Of a DNA stretch of 64,000 bases, positions 37,905 through 51,636 are shown one piece after another. The position numbers and the translations under genes are program-made. The DNA comes from Octopus vulgaris. Taxonomy: Eukaryota. Each line of letters starts with the position of its first letter. Positions within the stretch are counted from its first letter, which is position 1. The notes beneath the pieces are model-generated. The model was not told the origin of the DNA and did no database searches. It was given only the letters and a program-made list of their open reading frames with translations. The stretch lies in contig OX597817.1 of assembly GCA_951406725.2 (NCBI GenBank), positions 91,946,001-92,010,000 of the forward strand, written 5' to 3'.

Positions 37905-38850
37905 AAGGTAAAATTTATTTGCCAACGTAAAGTGGCAGTCCTGGTTAGGACAATGTTACTACCTTTTTTTAGCCCCCAGGAAAACATTTTTTACAGCTGG
38001 CTACCAACACACAACTGCATCCTTATACCTCGAACAAGGGAGTTAATGTCCCCACTCAGCCTTAAACAGTACCTGCAGAGCATGGTTTCTGGGTTATTTC
38101 TCTTCATTGGCATAGGATAGCCATTCACTAGAGATGACAGCACTAGGCCTTGCTTGAGGTATATACTTTTAAAGTGACACACAGTCACTGATCTCGTAAG
38201 AAGGAAAACAATTAGTTTTAAATCTCTGAGAAAGAAGTAAATAATAATACTACAGAGTAAAATCTATTTGCCAATGTAAAGTGGTGACCCTGGTTAGGAC
38301 GATATTACTACCTTCTTTAAACCTGGGAAGACATCTTTTCCAGTCGGTTACTGATGCACAACTGCGTCCTTATACCTCAAACAAGGGAGCTAATGTCCCC
38401 ACTCAGCCTTACACAGGAGTGCCACTTTACATTGGCAAATAGATTTTACTTTGTAGTAGTGTTACTATTTACTTCTTGCTCAGAGATTTAAAACTAATTG
38501 TTTTCCTTCTTACAAGATCAGTGACTGTGTATCACTTTAAAAGTATATACCTCAAGCGAGGCCTAGTGCTGCCATCTCTAGCCAACAGTTATCTTGTGCC
38601 AATGAAGAGAAATAACTCAGAAACCATGGTCTGCAGGTATGTTTAAGGCTGAGTGGGGACATTAGCTCCCTTGTTTGAGGTATAAGGACATAGTTGTGCA
38701 TCGGTAGCCAGCTGTAAAAGATGTTTTCCTGAGGTTAAAAAGGTAGTAACAGCATCCTAACCAGGACTGCCACTCTACGTTGGCAAATAGATTTTATGCT
38801 ACTACTCACTTCTCACTCAGAGATTTAAAACTAATTGTTTTCCTCTTTAT
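37905..38850. mobile_element. Inverted pair of tandem 349-bp monomers with hammerhead motif (retrozyme/pseudo-LTR-like, family P4)
   Basis: Left-arm period is 349 bp (37921 vs 38270) and right-arm period is 348 bp (38436 vs 38784). The arms are reverse complements and both ends lie at (TA)n. Confidence 0.7.
38593..38637 (+). ncRNA. Decayed minimal hammerhead motif
   Basis: CTTGTG-CCAATGAA-GAG(AAATAA)CTC-AGAAAC-CATG-GTC-TGCAGG, with palindromic ACCATGGT stem III and a GUC triplet. Mirror copy at 38072-38116 (-). Confidence 0.5.
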
Positions 38851-38875
38851 AACTATATGATTGTATATACATGTT

Positions 38876-38906
<31 letters not shown>

Positions 38907-40610
38907 AGGTGTATACAATACATATTCAGCTTCAAACCAGAGTTGATGCTGTGATCAAATGTGAATTACGAAACAGCTGTAAACATATAAAACATCTGTA
39001 TTGATAGGTTTGTTGGATCAGGCCTGATCTGGGGCTTAATAAAAAAACATAATAGCAACAACAACAATTGTCTTTAACTGTATGAAATTGATTGATTAGA
39101 ATTAATTTCCTTGGTTACATCCTTATTTAACTATTGTTAGGTAAAGCTTATTTGCCTCTTCCATATCATTGTCAGGACTGGTTAAGCCAATTGAGCAGAT
39201 TTGCTCAAAGTGGGCCCTGTACCAAGTTAGGTCCCCACGCACACATTCAAGCAGAGGACACTGTGATGAATTAAACCCTTTGTTGTATCAAGCAAAAATA
39301 TCAACATGATTCTTTTTATTTTTTTGTGCAAAAAGTGGATTTACCCTGTGACTGTAGAAAAATGTCTTATTTAACTGCGATATATATTTTCTGTGAAATG
39401 AGTGCTTGGTAACATCTGACAGGCAGGGAATTTTAATCAGCTCAGCTCAGTTATCTCTGTAAGCACAAGGCCTATTCCCTGACAGCATATCCATAATTAT
39501 CTTGATTTGTAATAAAACATTAAAACTTTCATATGAGGTGTCAATTTTTAGCATATTATCATTGGTAAATGTGGAGCCTCAAGCTTTTTGGTTGGGACTG
39601 GCATACTACACAAAGCATATGAAAAAATCAGTCTTCAGCTTTTGTAGAGAAGACGGTCTCACTGACAATTCTGTAATTGGGCCCTGCACTTCCTAGCACT
39701 GGCCCTGATATTTGTATGATTTTCTTACTACTGAAGAAAAAGCATCCACTACATTCTCAGAATGGTTGGTGTTAGGAAGGGCACCCAACTATAGAAACAT
39801 TGACAGATCAGATTGGAGCCTGGTGCAGCCACTGGCTTTCCAGACCTCAGACAAACCATCCAACCCATGCCAGCATCGAAAATGGATGTTAAATGATGAT
39901 CATGATCATCATCATCATCTTTACAGAGTGTCTTAGTTATTTCTTTCCAAGTGACATGATATGTTGCTTGTTTTCAATTATCAATAAATCTCCACCAGGA
40001 ATTTAAAAAGTTGATCAATTAAATGTAGAAGAATTCAACATTGTAAATTATTAAAATGCTCACCATTCCTATGGTACAATTAGTTCTACCACTGCCTCCA
40101 GCAATAAAACCACATAATGACCAGCATTACCTACCTAGATACAGTGCTACCACTAACTGGAACAAGGGTTTACACATCACAAGATTCAGTGGTGATTTAC
40201 ACACTACAACATCCACTATTAACTATCCACATACAGTGCTCCCACTGCCTAAAACAATGATTTGTACAACACAACACCCTGAATTACCAATCTATATACT
40301 GTGATACTACTATATAAAGACAGGTACCTGTGTACCAACAACAATGACTTACACTATGCAACACTTTGTAGTATCTACCTACACACAGTGCTACCACTGT
40401 CAACACCTAATACAACTATCTAAATACAGTGCTACAAGGTTGCCACTATCTTCAGCAGTGTCTTACCACAGTACCCAGTATTATTGGTCTATTTGGGTCA
40501 ATAGAAACTGGATCAGCCAGACACAGCTTGCTTGATCTCTGAAGCTCTCACTATTGAGGCCACAAGAATTCTTTGTAGCTTTCAACACAAGAAATGGATT
40601 ATATAAGAGA

Positions 40611-42346
40611 CTAGCATTATGACCCATCATTGCCGGGTCATAGTGCTAGTGCATATATATATATATGTGTGTACATATTACATGTACATCTATATATATA
40701 CATCTACACATAAAATAAAAATACAAAGTTATATCTTGATATCGCTAGTGATAACAATACTCAAAATATATAACAGACTGGAATTGTAGGCCCGTCTCTT
40801 GCAATTTCGATCAATTGTATCTTGTCCTCCCTCTTGTACAGAAGTGTGGCTACAATCCAGCCTACCATTACTTCTGGTGGGACATTTTAAATTTCTATCC
40901 GGGACGTCCTATGTCCCAGATATAAAGGTAAAAGTAAAATATTTCCACTTTGCAAGGTTCCAGTCGAGTACTCCCTTGCACGCTCCGTTGACTCGAACCT
41001 TGCTTCTATTGTGGCAAATTTACCACCTCTGGTTAGATATCTTTCATAGTCGCACCAAGACACTTTTCGATGGTGCTTTCCTCCAGGTGTTCAAATCATT
41101 TTTTTCTCTACATTGTATACTTTATAGACAATAGTCTTTTCTTTAATTTAATTTTTTATTTCGTTTGGTGGTGTTATCCTAGATTCACCGTCTTTGTTGG
41201 TGATCAATCTGAAATAGGTTTGTATTTCTTCCATTTTAATTTTAATGAGTTCCACCGACAGCTGCAGCGAAATTCATTTTTGGACTTACTTCTATCGAAG
41301 GCATTCTAACAAAAATACTTCCATGTAAACGGTGAAAATATTGTCAATTTCCCCAAACAGGGACACAATTCAATTTTTAAACAATAACCAAAGCTCCTTC
41401 TCCCAAAGGGGGAGGGTTACAATTTACAATTATTTAACAAATGCAACACAACAACGTTTCCCTTACGAGGAACCAACAAATGTGATAGCAATAGTTAAAC
41501 AGTAATAATAATAACAACAAACCTTATGGTGAATCAAAATGCAGTATGCAGTTAAAGCTATAGTCCTTTATGTATAAGAAATAAACCAACAGCAGTACTC
41601 AGTAGAAGCGGCTGTTTGAGAAAACAGACATTACATACAGCCAAACTTCATATAGATACTTAATGCTAGCTAATTAGCAGATAATCTAATGTAAAAGCCA
41701 TGGTAAACAGTATGTGCACACCTCCATCTGGACTATTCCATTTTTGCATGCTAATTTTATTTTTAATTTATTCCCATTCATGTGAAACCACTTATTCAAG
41801 TTCAAGTCATTGATGCAATTTTATACCAATTGCTATTTTTACTTTTGTTATGTTACAATTATATTATACTTTAGTTTGATTTTAATTATTACTTACTACA
41901 TATAATTCAATTGCTATTATTATCTCTAATTTTTATTGTTAAAGTGAAAGTATCTGACATAAAATAAAGAAATGTTTTTGTTTCACTTTTAACACATAAT
42001 ACTGAAATAGTGGAGAAGATATGATATTGCTATGGGCTCACCCTAGGCAAGAAGTTGAACATTTTTTTGCCTATGAAACTACATGGACCCTAAGTAAGGC
42101 ATGTGTAAAATTTGAATGAAATTGGTTGTGTAGTTATCAAGTTTTAGGGAATCGTAGTGGAGAAGATATGATATCGCTGTGGGCTCGCCCTAGGCAAAAA
42201 GTTAAAAAATTTTTTTGCCAATGACACTCCCCGGACCCTAAGTAAGGCATGTGTAAAATTTGAAATTGGTTGTGTAGTTCTCAAGTTTTAGGGAAACAGA
42301 CAGACAGACAGACAGACGCACATTCTCAGTTTTATATATAGAGAGA
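40611..42346 (-). mobile_element. Non-autonomous Helitron, family H3 (long form)
   Basis: TC...CTAG ends in an A|T site. Homologous to 12870-13876, with about 570 bp extra (41160-41730) and a duplicated subterminal block. Confidence 0.8.
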
Positions 42347-43755
42347 TAATTTCTCATTTATTTCTGTGGTTGAGAGAAGATGAATGAAAGAGAGAGAGGT
42401 TAGAGCGTGGTAAAGATAGAAACAGATTGCTAGATAAATAGAGAGAGAGAGAAAGAGACAGATAGACAGACAAAGAGAGAGACACAGGCTGACAGACATA
42501 CAAACAGACAGAGAGGAAAGTTGATCAATGGTAATAATGGTAAAAATCTTTTGGAGTCAGCTTAGAATTAAAAATTATTCAATGTAAGATTAAGAAAGAG
42601 TTCTAATTAACTCTTTCTTCACTAATTAATGTCTACATGCAACAAGTGACAGGAAATAATATGAAAGCTGACAACTCAGATCAGATTACACTTTCTCTCC
42701 CTCTTAGTCTCTCTCTCCACTTCTCCCTCTTCTCTTTATCTCTCTTTCTTTCTTTCTCTTTTTCTCTCTCTCAGTTATGACTTCTGTTTTTGCTGGTAGT
42801 AATTGATGCAGTTATGGACACGATGTCATTGTGTTTATCATCTGCACTTCCTTCCATTCCTTGTCATCATTATCTCCTCAGCATCATATCTTTCATCATA
42901 TCCATCATCACTACTTTTAGCCCCTACACAGCCATCTCTCATCATCATCATCACCACCACCACTACCACAAACAATAATGACACCATCTCTACTCTCTTC
43001 ATCATCATCATCATTTCATATGTTATTATCATGATGATGATGTGGTATGATCATAGCCTGAAGATAGATATTAAGTTTTGTGTCTATCTTAAAAATTATT
43101 AATTATTTTACTATAGAATTGGTGGACAGAGTAAATACTTTTGTATTTTTTTACATATGCCCCTCTGTGTGATATGTTCAAATCTCATTGAGGGTAATTT
43201 TGCCTGTCATCCTTCCAGGGGTAAGAAAATAAAATAATTGTCTTAGGAGTTGATATAATCAACAATAATTTCCCACTACACTTTCCACTATATATTCTGT
43301 GATTTTCTCACACTATATTCTCTCACTATACTCTCTCAGGATACCATTTTATGATCTCCTATAATAATCCTCAACTATATCCTCCATATTACTTTCCCTC
43401 TAAAATCTCCAAATATATCCTCCCACTGTACCCAGTACTGTAACCTCTCACTATACCCTCATACCATAAACTACCAGTATATTCCGACACTATATCCTTC
43501 CACAATAAGCTCCCACTATGCCCTCCCACTACATCTTCCTATTGACCCCTATCACTATATATTAACCCTTTAGCATTTAGATGCTTTTTTTATTTGCATT
43601 GTTTTCAATTAATCTTGTATTATCTTGTGGCTTTGAGATTTTGATGATGTGATTGTATATTTCTCAAATGACATTGTAGGGTATATCCAAGAAGATAGAT
43701 TTGGCCAACTTGAACCTAAAACAGGTAGAATATTTGGGTTGGATATGATCAGTCT

Positions 43756-44784
43756 TATTCACTTAGTTTTACATATTTACACTTTTATCACCTTCAAAGT
43801 ATTCTCCATTTAAAGTATTATGTTTTCCGCTGTTCAAAGCAGTGCTGGAACTCTTGAAAAGTGATGCCTTTTAACGCCTTCATCGTTTTTTTCTTCACCT
43901 CTTCCACATCTGCAAATTCTGTAGCATCAGCTTTTGTCATCAGAGATGATCATTGAAAAAAGGTCTGGATCAATTTCCAACTGTTCTTTCAGTTCACAAC
44001 ATGCATTCAGTTGTGATTGCTTTTGATCTTCTATGAGCAAGTGAAACATAAATCTTGTTACAACTCTTTTTCATTTGCAATCTCTAGCTCAAAATTCGTT
44101 AGCAGGAGCTCCAGGACACAAGTTTGTCAATTGTTCAGCAACAGTCCTCCAAGATCAGTTCATGAATTCTCATGATATTTTCATTTGTTCAGGAGGTCAG
44201 CGACAAGTAGCCATTCCTAAAGCATGAAAACCACTCTTAACCCTTTAGCATTTAAACCGGCCATATCCGGCCAAAAGTATTCTGCCTGTTTTATGTTCAA
44301 ACTGGCCAGATCTGGTCTCTCACTCCAACCCTACAATGTCGTTTTAAAAATTAACAGCTACCTCATCAAATTTTCATAGTTACAAGATAATGCATGATTA
44401 GTTCAAAACAATGTGGATAAAAAAGCATTAATTTGGGCAGAATAATGCGAACACTAAAGGGTTAAACTTGTGTTTTGCTCATGGTAGCATTCTTGTAAGC
44501 TGTTTGTGGCATGACAACTGTTTCAGCTGCCATTTTCCCTTGCAGAAAACAGAATTTCATGGAAGCATGCTGTTTCTTAATTTCAGTCATTGTAAAAATC
44601 AACAAACAGGTGAGAAGCATACAAAACAAAGATGCACCATGTGGCAGTATGATATCACCTGATGATGCTGATCAGCAAATTTTTGCCTGAGAGTTGCATC
44701 AAGTAGCTTCTAGCAGTGGAAGCCTGAACTACAATGGGCTTGTCCCACAGAGAACGTTTCTGGTTACTTTTGGGTACACCCTTG
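43756..44784 (-). mobile_element. Mariner (deleted copy of the 18621 family)
   Basis: Similar to 18663-19680 and ends in the TIR CTTTTGGGTACACCCTTG-TA. Confidence 0.75.
44241..44461. mobile_element. TTAA-flanked (piggyBac-type) MITE
   Basis: TTAA-CCCTTTAG...CTAAAGGG-TTAA. A related partial copy starts near 43566. Confidence 0.75.
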
Positions 44785-45181
44785 TACTAAAGTTAGAAAC
44801 CATAATAGTTATTAGCATTGTTACATTCCTTCTAGAAACAACTGTTAACTCAGCTTTCAGGGCTTTCTTGTACCTGGAGTCCTGCTAAGAAATTTCTTCT
44901 ATGCAATCATGAAACAAGGATTAATTGATAACCCCTCAGATATTCAAGGTCTGAGAATGCTACAAGATGAGTATCAGATGTTTTGACACAGCCTTTTTAG
45001 TGCCACATATTCAGTGACACTGGTATAATGGTGACTTAAATTTTGACACCAGACATATTTGTTTTTCTTGTTTTCTCTCTCTCTCTCTCTCTTTCCTGTT
45101 TATGCATGTGAGTACATTTCTTAATGTGACTGAGGAGAGGGAAAATGTTCATATCAATTGTGTTTAGCTAATAGATTTTAA

Positions 45182-45402
45182 CCCTTTCATTACTGTATTT
45201 ATTTTGAGATGCTCTGTGTTCCTTTCAATTGTTTTAAATATAACAAAGAATTTAGTAAAATAACTTAGTTATCATTAAGCTTGTGTTAGGAACATAAATT
45301 GTGACCAAGGTTTGGCAGAAGATTTTAATTCAAAACTTATGAAAACAAGACTTTTGTACTACAGAACCAGAGCCAGTTTTGGCCGGGTTGGTAACAAAAG
45401 TG
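45182..45402. mobile_element. TTAA-flanked (piggyBac-type) MITE
   Basis: TTAA-CCCTTTCATTAC...GTAACAAAAGTG-TTAA. A similar end GTAACGAAAGGG-TTAA occurs near 20660-20674. Confidence 0.6.
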
Positions 45403-45879
45403 TTAATGTCTCTCTCTCCCTCTATCTATATGTGTATTTTTCTACATGTACATGCATGTGTGCTTATGTGTATGCTTGCTTGCAGCACCAGAAAGTTCTG
45501 TTGCTAAAACAGGCTGAACTGTTTCCCTTTCACTATGGGCACCTTTGATTCCTATTTTACTTGGATAGATCCTCTTAGCAGTCAATGTTTTAAAAAATCC
45601 TATCAAATTTTTAGAATTAAATATTATTAGAAATTGTATTTAAAAAAATTGTTAATATATTATGTGTACTGTAGAAGTATAACCAATCTATGGCAAATAA
45701 ATTTTAACAACAAAATGTTATATGGATCCCAGTTGAGAATGACTGCTCTAACTGATAGTCAGATCCCAAGCAAAGATTGCTCTATCACACTCCTCACAAA
45801 TAGGTACAAGCAGTTTTCCTGTGTCCGTTTGACATATATCTCATAAATAGTGCATTTTTTTCAATTGCATGAACTAAAA

Positions 45880-46810
45880 GTTGGAGGGGGATGGGATAAA
45901 CTATCTGCATCAACTTGCTATAAAAGCAGGTAATAATTTTACCTGCTTTTATAGTATGCAGTTTGATTTTAACAATTATTTTTTTCAAAGCTATAATGGA
46001 AGTGACAAAGGAGCATATGCACCATATTTTGATTTATGAGTTCAATAAAGGCAACAATGCAACGGAAAGTGAAAGGAATATCAATGCAGTATATGGAGAT
46101 TGGACCATAAGCGTAAGCTGGAAACTATGGCCTAGGAGACAAGCCTTGTACTGGAAGATCTGTAGAGCTTGATGAGGATGTCCTGCAAACTGTGGTGGAA
46201 CAAAATTCCATCGTAACTGTTGAGGAACTAGCAGAGGAACTTGGATTTGGTCATTCATCAACACCTGTGTGCCATTGGAAAAGTCAGAAAATTGGGTGAA
46301 TGGGTTCCTCACAAACTTTCTAAGTCTAATCATGCACAGAGTGAATGTGTGCTCTCCTTTGTTGTTATGCCTCATGAATGAACCTTTATTGGACTGAAAA
46401 GAAGGTCTCCACCCATGTAAGGTGTTGTCATCTGTTTGGTGGGATATGAAAGGTTTAGTCCACTTTGATCTTTTAAATTCAAATGAAATAATAACAAAGG
46501 AGATCTACTGCAAGCAGCTTGAGCAGCTTAAGTCAGCAATAGAAAAAAAACGACCATCTTTAGTTTCAAGATGAAAGGTGCTTTTCCATCAGAATAATGC
46601 TCAGCAAGGATGACATTCCAGAGGCTGGAGCAGTTTGAATGGGAAACAATGCCCCACCCACCATATTTGCTGGACACTGCCCCACCTGATTATCATTTAT
46701 TCCACAGTCTTCAAAATATGAATTCTGCAGATGAGGTCAAAACAATACTGGAGGAGTAATTTTCATCACAAACAAGTGAATTTTGGGCCTTGCAAGTCTA
46801 CCAGATCAGG
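45880..46810 (+). mobile_element. Mariner transposon (decayed)
   Basis: KEHMHHILIYEFNKGNNATES, WVPHKL, SVWWDMKG and PHPPY..DTAPPDYHLF. Confidence 0.8.
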
Positions 46811-46894
46811 GCAGTAGTGGCCATCATCATCATCGTCGTCGTCATTGTCGTCGTCGTCATTGTCGTCGTCGTCATTGTCGTCGTCGTCGTCATC

Positions 46895-46942
<48 letters not shown>

Positions 46943-46961
46943 ATAATTTTTTTTAAGGTTA

Positions 46962-47825
46962 AGGTGGTGAGTTGGCAGAATCATTACCATGCTGGACAAA
47001 ATCCTCAGCCACATTTCCTCTGAGTTTGTGTTTTGAGTTCAAGTGCCACAGGGATGACTTTGATTTTCATTCATTCAGGGTCAATAAAATAAGTACCAGT
47101 TGAGCATTGGAGTTGATGTAATTGACTTAACCCTTCCCCCGAAACTGCTAAGCTTGTGCCAAAATTTTAAATTTGAAAATTTGATTAAGATGGCAAGTTG
47201 GCAAGATCAACAGTATTTCTTCCTACACTTTACTTTGAGTGCAAATTCTGCTGAGGTCAGCTTTGCCTTTTATCCTTTTGGGGTTAATAAAATAAGTGTC
47301 AGTCCAGCACTGGTTTCAATATAATCAACTCACTCCTCCTACAGACATTGTTGATTTTGTATCAAAGTTTGAAACCATGTAAGGTGGAAAGTTGGCAGAA
47401 TTATTAGCTCAACAGCACTTCTTCCAGCTTTTGCATTGTAAGTTCATATTCCAACAAGGCTGACAATGTCTTTCATCTTTTTGAGGGAAATAAATTAAAT
47501 ACTAGCCCATTAGTGAGGTCAATGTAATTAACTTGTCTGCTTTCCTCAAACTAACAGGCCTTGTGTCAAAATTTGAAACTATTATTATTGTTATTATAAT
47601 TATCATTATTAAGGCAGCAAGCTGGCAGAATCATTAACATATCAGGCAAAATGCTTAGTGGAATTTCATCTGTCCTTACGTTCTGTATTCAAATTCTGTT
47701 GAGGATGACTTTGCCATTTATCCTTTTGGGGTTGATAAATTAAGTGCCATTTGAGTACTGAGTTCAATGTAATCAATTATCTCTCTCCTCCAAATTTCAG
47801 GCTTTGTGCCTATAAGTAGAAAAGA
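46962..47825 (+). repeat. Tandem cluster of four SINEs, family S2
   Basis: Repeated GCTGGCAGAATCATTA...GAGTTCAAAT...CTTTCATCCTTTTGGGGT..ATAAAATAAGTACC units. A well-preserved copy lies at 50808-51037 (-). Confidence 0.75.
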
Positions 47826-49382
47826 TTATTATTATCATTATTAACTCTCTCTGAGTGAAGACATCATTTTTGGTATGATTTATTTGTGCATGCCAAATGA
47901 ATTTTTCCAAAGGTTTTTTGGTATGATTATAAAGTGAACTATAATTGCCTAAGGACGGGCATAATTATATGTGGCTATCATACTGATAATTATGCTACAA
48001 GATTAAACACTAGAATGACAAAAATAATTTTTTAAAAGAGAGAGTAAACATAAAATCATAACGCACAACTAAATGTACAAGGAAAAGATGATAGGACATA
48101 CCTAGGTAGAAGTTGTTGATGTAATTGGATTCTGATATAATTACTAAACTGACACAATCAATATTTAATCAGTAGATTAAATACTTTATAGTATTAAAGA
48201 TATTCTTCTGCATTCTGTGTTCAAATAGTACTGAGTTTAAAATAACATTATAATTCCCCAGAGTTAATAAAATAAGCAGCAGTCATGTCATTGGATTCAA
48301 CATGAGGGACTTATGTGTTTGTCTGTATGCTTGCATTTATTTTAATGTGTGTGTGTGTACATGTGTGCTTTTGCTTAACTATGTGTGTGTTAATGTGAAC
48401 ATTCATGTAATGTTCCGCAAGATTTTGAACATTTCTATATTGTCTGATAATCTGAATATCTTTCTTGTTTGTCATGTCAATGGTAAACCTGTTTGACTGC
48501 TAGGTGTGCTAAGGTAAGTATTGTATTGTACCTTGCCTGAAGTACAGTAGTAGTGCTAAGATTTGAACTTATGACCAGGTTACTTGTAAGGCAATACATT
48601 ATTTACTTTACAAATCATGAAATTATTAAATCATAATGATAATATGGAATCAGATTTAGAAGGCCAAATATTTCAGTGCTCCTTTTAATGAGACCTGTAT
48701 AATTGTTTGGATAAGTATCAATATATGACTCTTTGAATGGATCAAACCAATGAGGGAGTCCATATGTGGACATTTAGCTAGTCAGATATAGTAGTCAAAT
48801 CTCTCTTAAATTATACTCAAAAAATCCAAAAGAGGAAATTTACACAAGATTATAGAGTTGTAGATATGTCTTGCATGAAAAAATGGTGGCGTGGTCATGC
48901 TTAGAATGCCTTTAGTTTGCTCAATAAGGACCAAAAAACTACAAAAAACAACAGCCCTGAATGGATGGGATGTCAAATTTACTCTGGGGAAACGAAAACT
49001 TAGAATATAGAAGAAGGAATACTGTGAGGTATTTCATGACATTTAACTTTCATTTTTAAAATTTTAATTCTTTTATTTTTGTAATATGTTTTGATATGAC
49101 ACATCTACATTTTGTAGAGGAAATCGTTATAATTAATCGAAACAATTAATTTATGTAACTAAATAACAAGTTAATACTAACATGTTTAACATATGGTGCA
49201 TTAAAAAACTAACTAGAAATAAATTTTCAATAAGACAGATTGATAAACAGGTTAGTTTTAACATATTTAGTGCAGGTAGATTTGATTGCTATTTGAGCGA
49301 CCACGTGAAAATGTCACAATAACATTATCCGGAATAAAATTTAAGCAGATAACACATCGCGTGACACCGTTTAAGAAACAGC

Positions 49383-49508
49383 ATGGTGGATGTCATTACG
49401 AAATATATCAGTGCTGGTTGTAATAGCACACCTCATGTGGCAGACTGGGGCAAGAATGGCTGTATTTGCTTTGGTTCTTGCAATTCTGTAGCTGTTTACC
49501 AACCCCAG
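49383..49508 (+). CDS. ELP2: Elongator complex protein 2, exon 1
   Basis: MVDVITKYISAGCNSTPHVADWGKNGCICFGSCNSVAVYQPQ matches the ELP2 N-terminus pattern. GT donor at 49509, phase 0. Confidence 0.88.
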
Positions 49509-50807
49509 GTTAGTGTATCTCTGTTTATATCGTTAATGTATTTTATATTTATCGATAACGGTTACTTCGGTATGACTATCACGTTTGGCTTTGATATTTT
49601 GTGTTTGCGTAATGCATGTACAGGAGTGAATGACTGAATCGAGAGTAGTTTTGGTTTCGAGCTTTTAACTTCTGAGTTCAAATCTCTCTATTCTTTTCAT
49701 CTTGCTGAGACTGATATGACAGTAATACAGGTGATTGGATATAATCGTCTTCACTATTGAATGCCGTGCCCCATGTATAGCCACCGTTCAATGAATTAAA
49801 CCATTAAAAGAATAATGTGTATGTGTACACACACACACAGGAAACCGAGTCTTTTAATACTTTCGGTTAGTGTTACTATTTATTCACAAAATGTAATATA
49901 ATAGAATAGATAGATATTTAACACTTAATAAAAACATAGATGATGTAATCATCACACCGATTAATGTTCATACGTTTGAAACATATTCTAATTTCTTGTA
50001 ACTAAGATTTGTTAAAAGCCCATCTGGAACCCAGCCATAATAAAGACTACATCTGTATCCTCCACTCACATACAGACTATTGGGCCGGACAACCTACTGA
50101 ATTGAAGGGTTCCAACCTAAACTATAACAACTTATATAAAGTCTAGATCTGCATTGTCGATTGTAAACTTTCTTTCCTTAAGAAACTAGTATAGTTGATC
50201 TTTTTGCTATCGACCCTGGAAAGAGGATTGGTACAATCAACCTGGACAGGTTTTGAACTCAGATCGAGATTAAATTACTGTAAAGGATTTAATCTGATGC
50301 TCTGTTGTCTCAGCTACTATCACGGTTTTGCAGTCAGCGGGACCCAATCAACAAACTGTCCTTAAATGTACGCAAATGATATTTCTTTCGGTTGGGCCCT
50401 ACTGTATTACAACCCACATAGACCATCAGAGATGAATCACCTAATGATGAACTGGTGCTAGATAATTGTCTGCAAGATGAGCATCTAACAGTGAATAAGT
50501 ACTGGAATGATTCTATGAAGGTAATTACCAAACAAAAACTCTTAGTCTTTACAAATTGCTACACACACACACGTTTCTGATATATTTACAGGCACCTCAA
50601 TCCCTTAGATAGGCGCAGGCATAGTTGTGTGGTTAAGAAGCTTGCTTCCCAACCTTGTCTCAGGTTCAGTCCCACTGTGCAGCACCCTGGGCAAGTGTCT
50701 TTTATTATAGCCTAGCTTTTAGCCTTGTGTGTGGATTTGGTAGACGGAAACTGAAAGAAGCCATCGTGTGTGTGTATATATATATATAACATATATAAAA
50801 ATATATA

Positions 50808-51037
50808 TTTCTTTACTACCCACAAGGGGCTAAACGCAGGGGGGACAAACAAGGACAGACAAACGGATTAAGTCGATTATATCGACCCCAGTGCGTAACT
50901 GGTACTTATTTAATCGACCCCGAAAGGATGAAAGGCAAAGTCGACCTCGGCGGAATTTGAACTCAGAACGTAGCGGCAGACGAAATACGGCTACGCATTT
51001 CGCCTGGCGTGCTAACGTTTCTGCCAGCTCGCCGCCT
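50808..51037 (-). mobile_element. SINE family S2, young copy in ELP2 intron 1
   Basis: CpG-rich GGCGGCGAGCTGGCAGAAACGTTAGC...GAGTTCAAATTCC...GCCTTTCATCCTTTCGGGGTCGATTAAATAAGTACCAG. Confidence 0.8.
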
Positions 51038-51096
51038 CTATAAAAATATAGGAGAGTATTGTAGTTTGCTTGAAGCATTGTGTATTGTTTGTAAAG

Positions 51097-51350
51097 AATA
51101 AAAAGTTTTGGGTGGTACAACAATGCACTATAATACAGACAATGGGCTATATACCTGTTGTAATCTAGTCATCCATAGTCTGATATGAAAAGCCGTTAGA
51201 AAACCGATTATAGCAGCGACTCCATCTAAGAATCTCTGAAGAAGGAATTTTATTCCAAAATATCATATCAGACTATGGATGACTAGATTACAACAGGTAT
51301 ATAGCCCATTGTCTGTATTATAGTGCATTGTTGTACCACCCAAAACTTTT

Positions 51351-51354
<4 letters not shown>
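51097..51354 (+). mobile_element. Penelope-like inverted pseudo-LTR insertion, family P5 (perfect 92-bp inverted repeat with hammerhead remnant)
   Basis: 51097-51188 is the exact reverse complement of 51263-51354. CTGAAGAA-GGAAT(TTT)ATTCC-AAAATATC at 51236-51264. Ends at (TA)n. Confidence 0.65.
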
Positions 51355-51393
<39 letters not shown>

Positions 51394-51602
51394 CATACAT
51401 ACATACATACATATACCTACACCATGGCTGTCAACTTGTTGACTGAGGAAGACCGTCACTGAGCATTAGGAACATTGTGCACTCTCAGACAAATTTATAC
51501 TTTACACTTGTGGTTCCACCAGTTTACTAAGGAGCCCAGCTCGATAAAAATGTCCGCAGATATTGAAAACCAAGCTTCCCCCATTCATTACACTGATGGT
51601 GT

Positions 51603-51636
<34 letters not shown>

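Noticed and set aside
43270-43560. Degenerate CCCACTATA-type short tandem repeats (similar decayed arrays near 40090-40480 and 54560-54870)
   Set aside because: Ordinary eroded minisatellites with no further structure visible.
44660-44680. Other CTGATGA and CTGAAGA heptamers (also near 22808, 35847 and 39731)
   Set aside because: No stem II followed by GAAA and no stem I/III pairing, so they are chance matches.
49302-49307. CACGTG E-box just upstream of the ELP2 ATG
   Set aside because: It lies in sequence resembling a decayed SINE segment (compare 52840-52885), and a single hexamer is not evidence of function.
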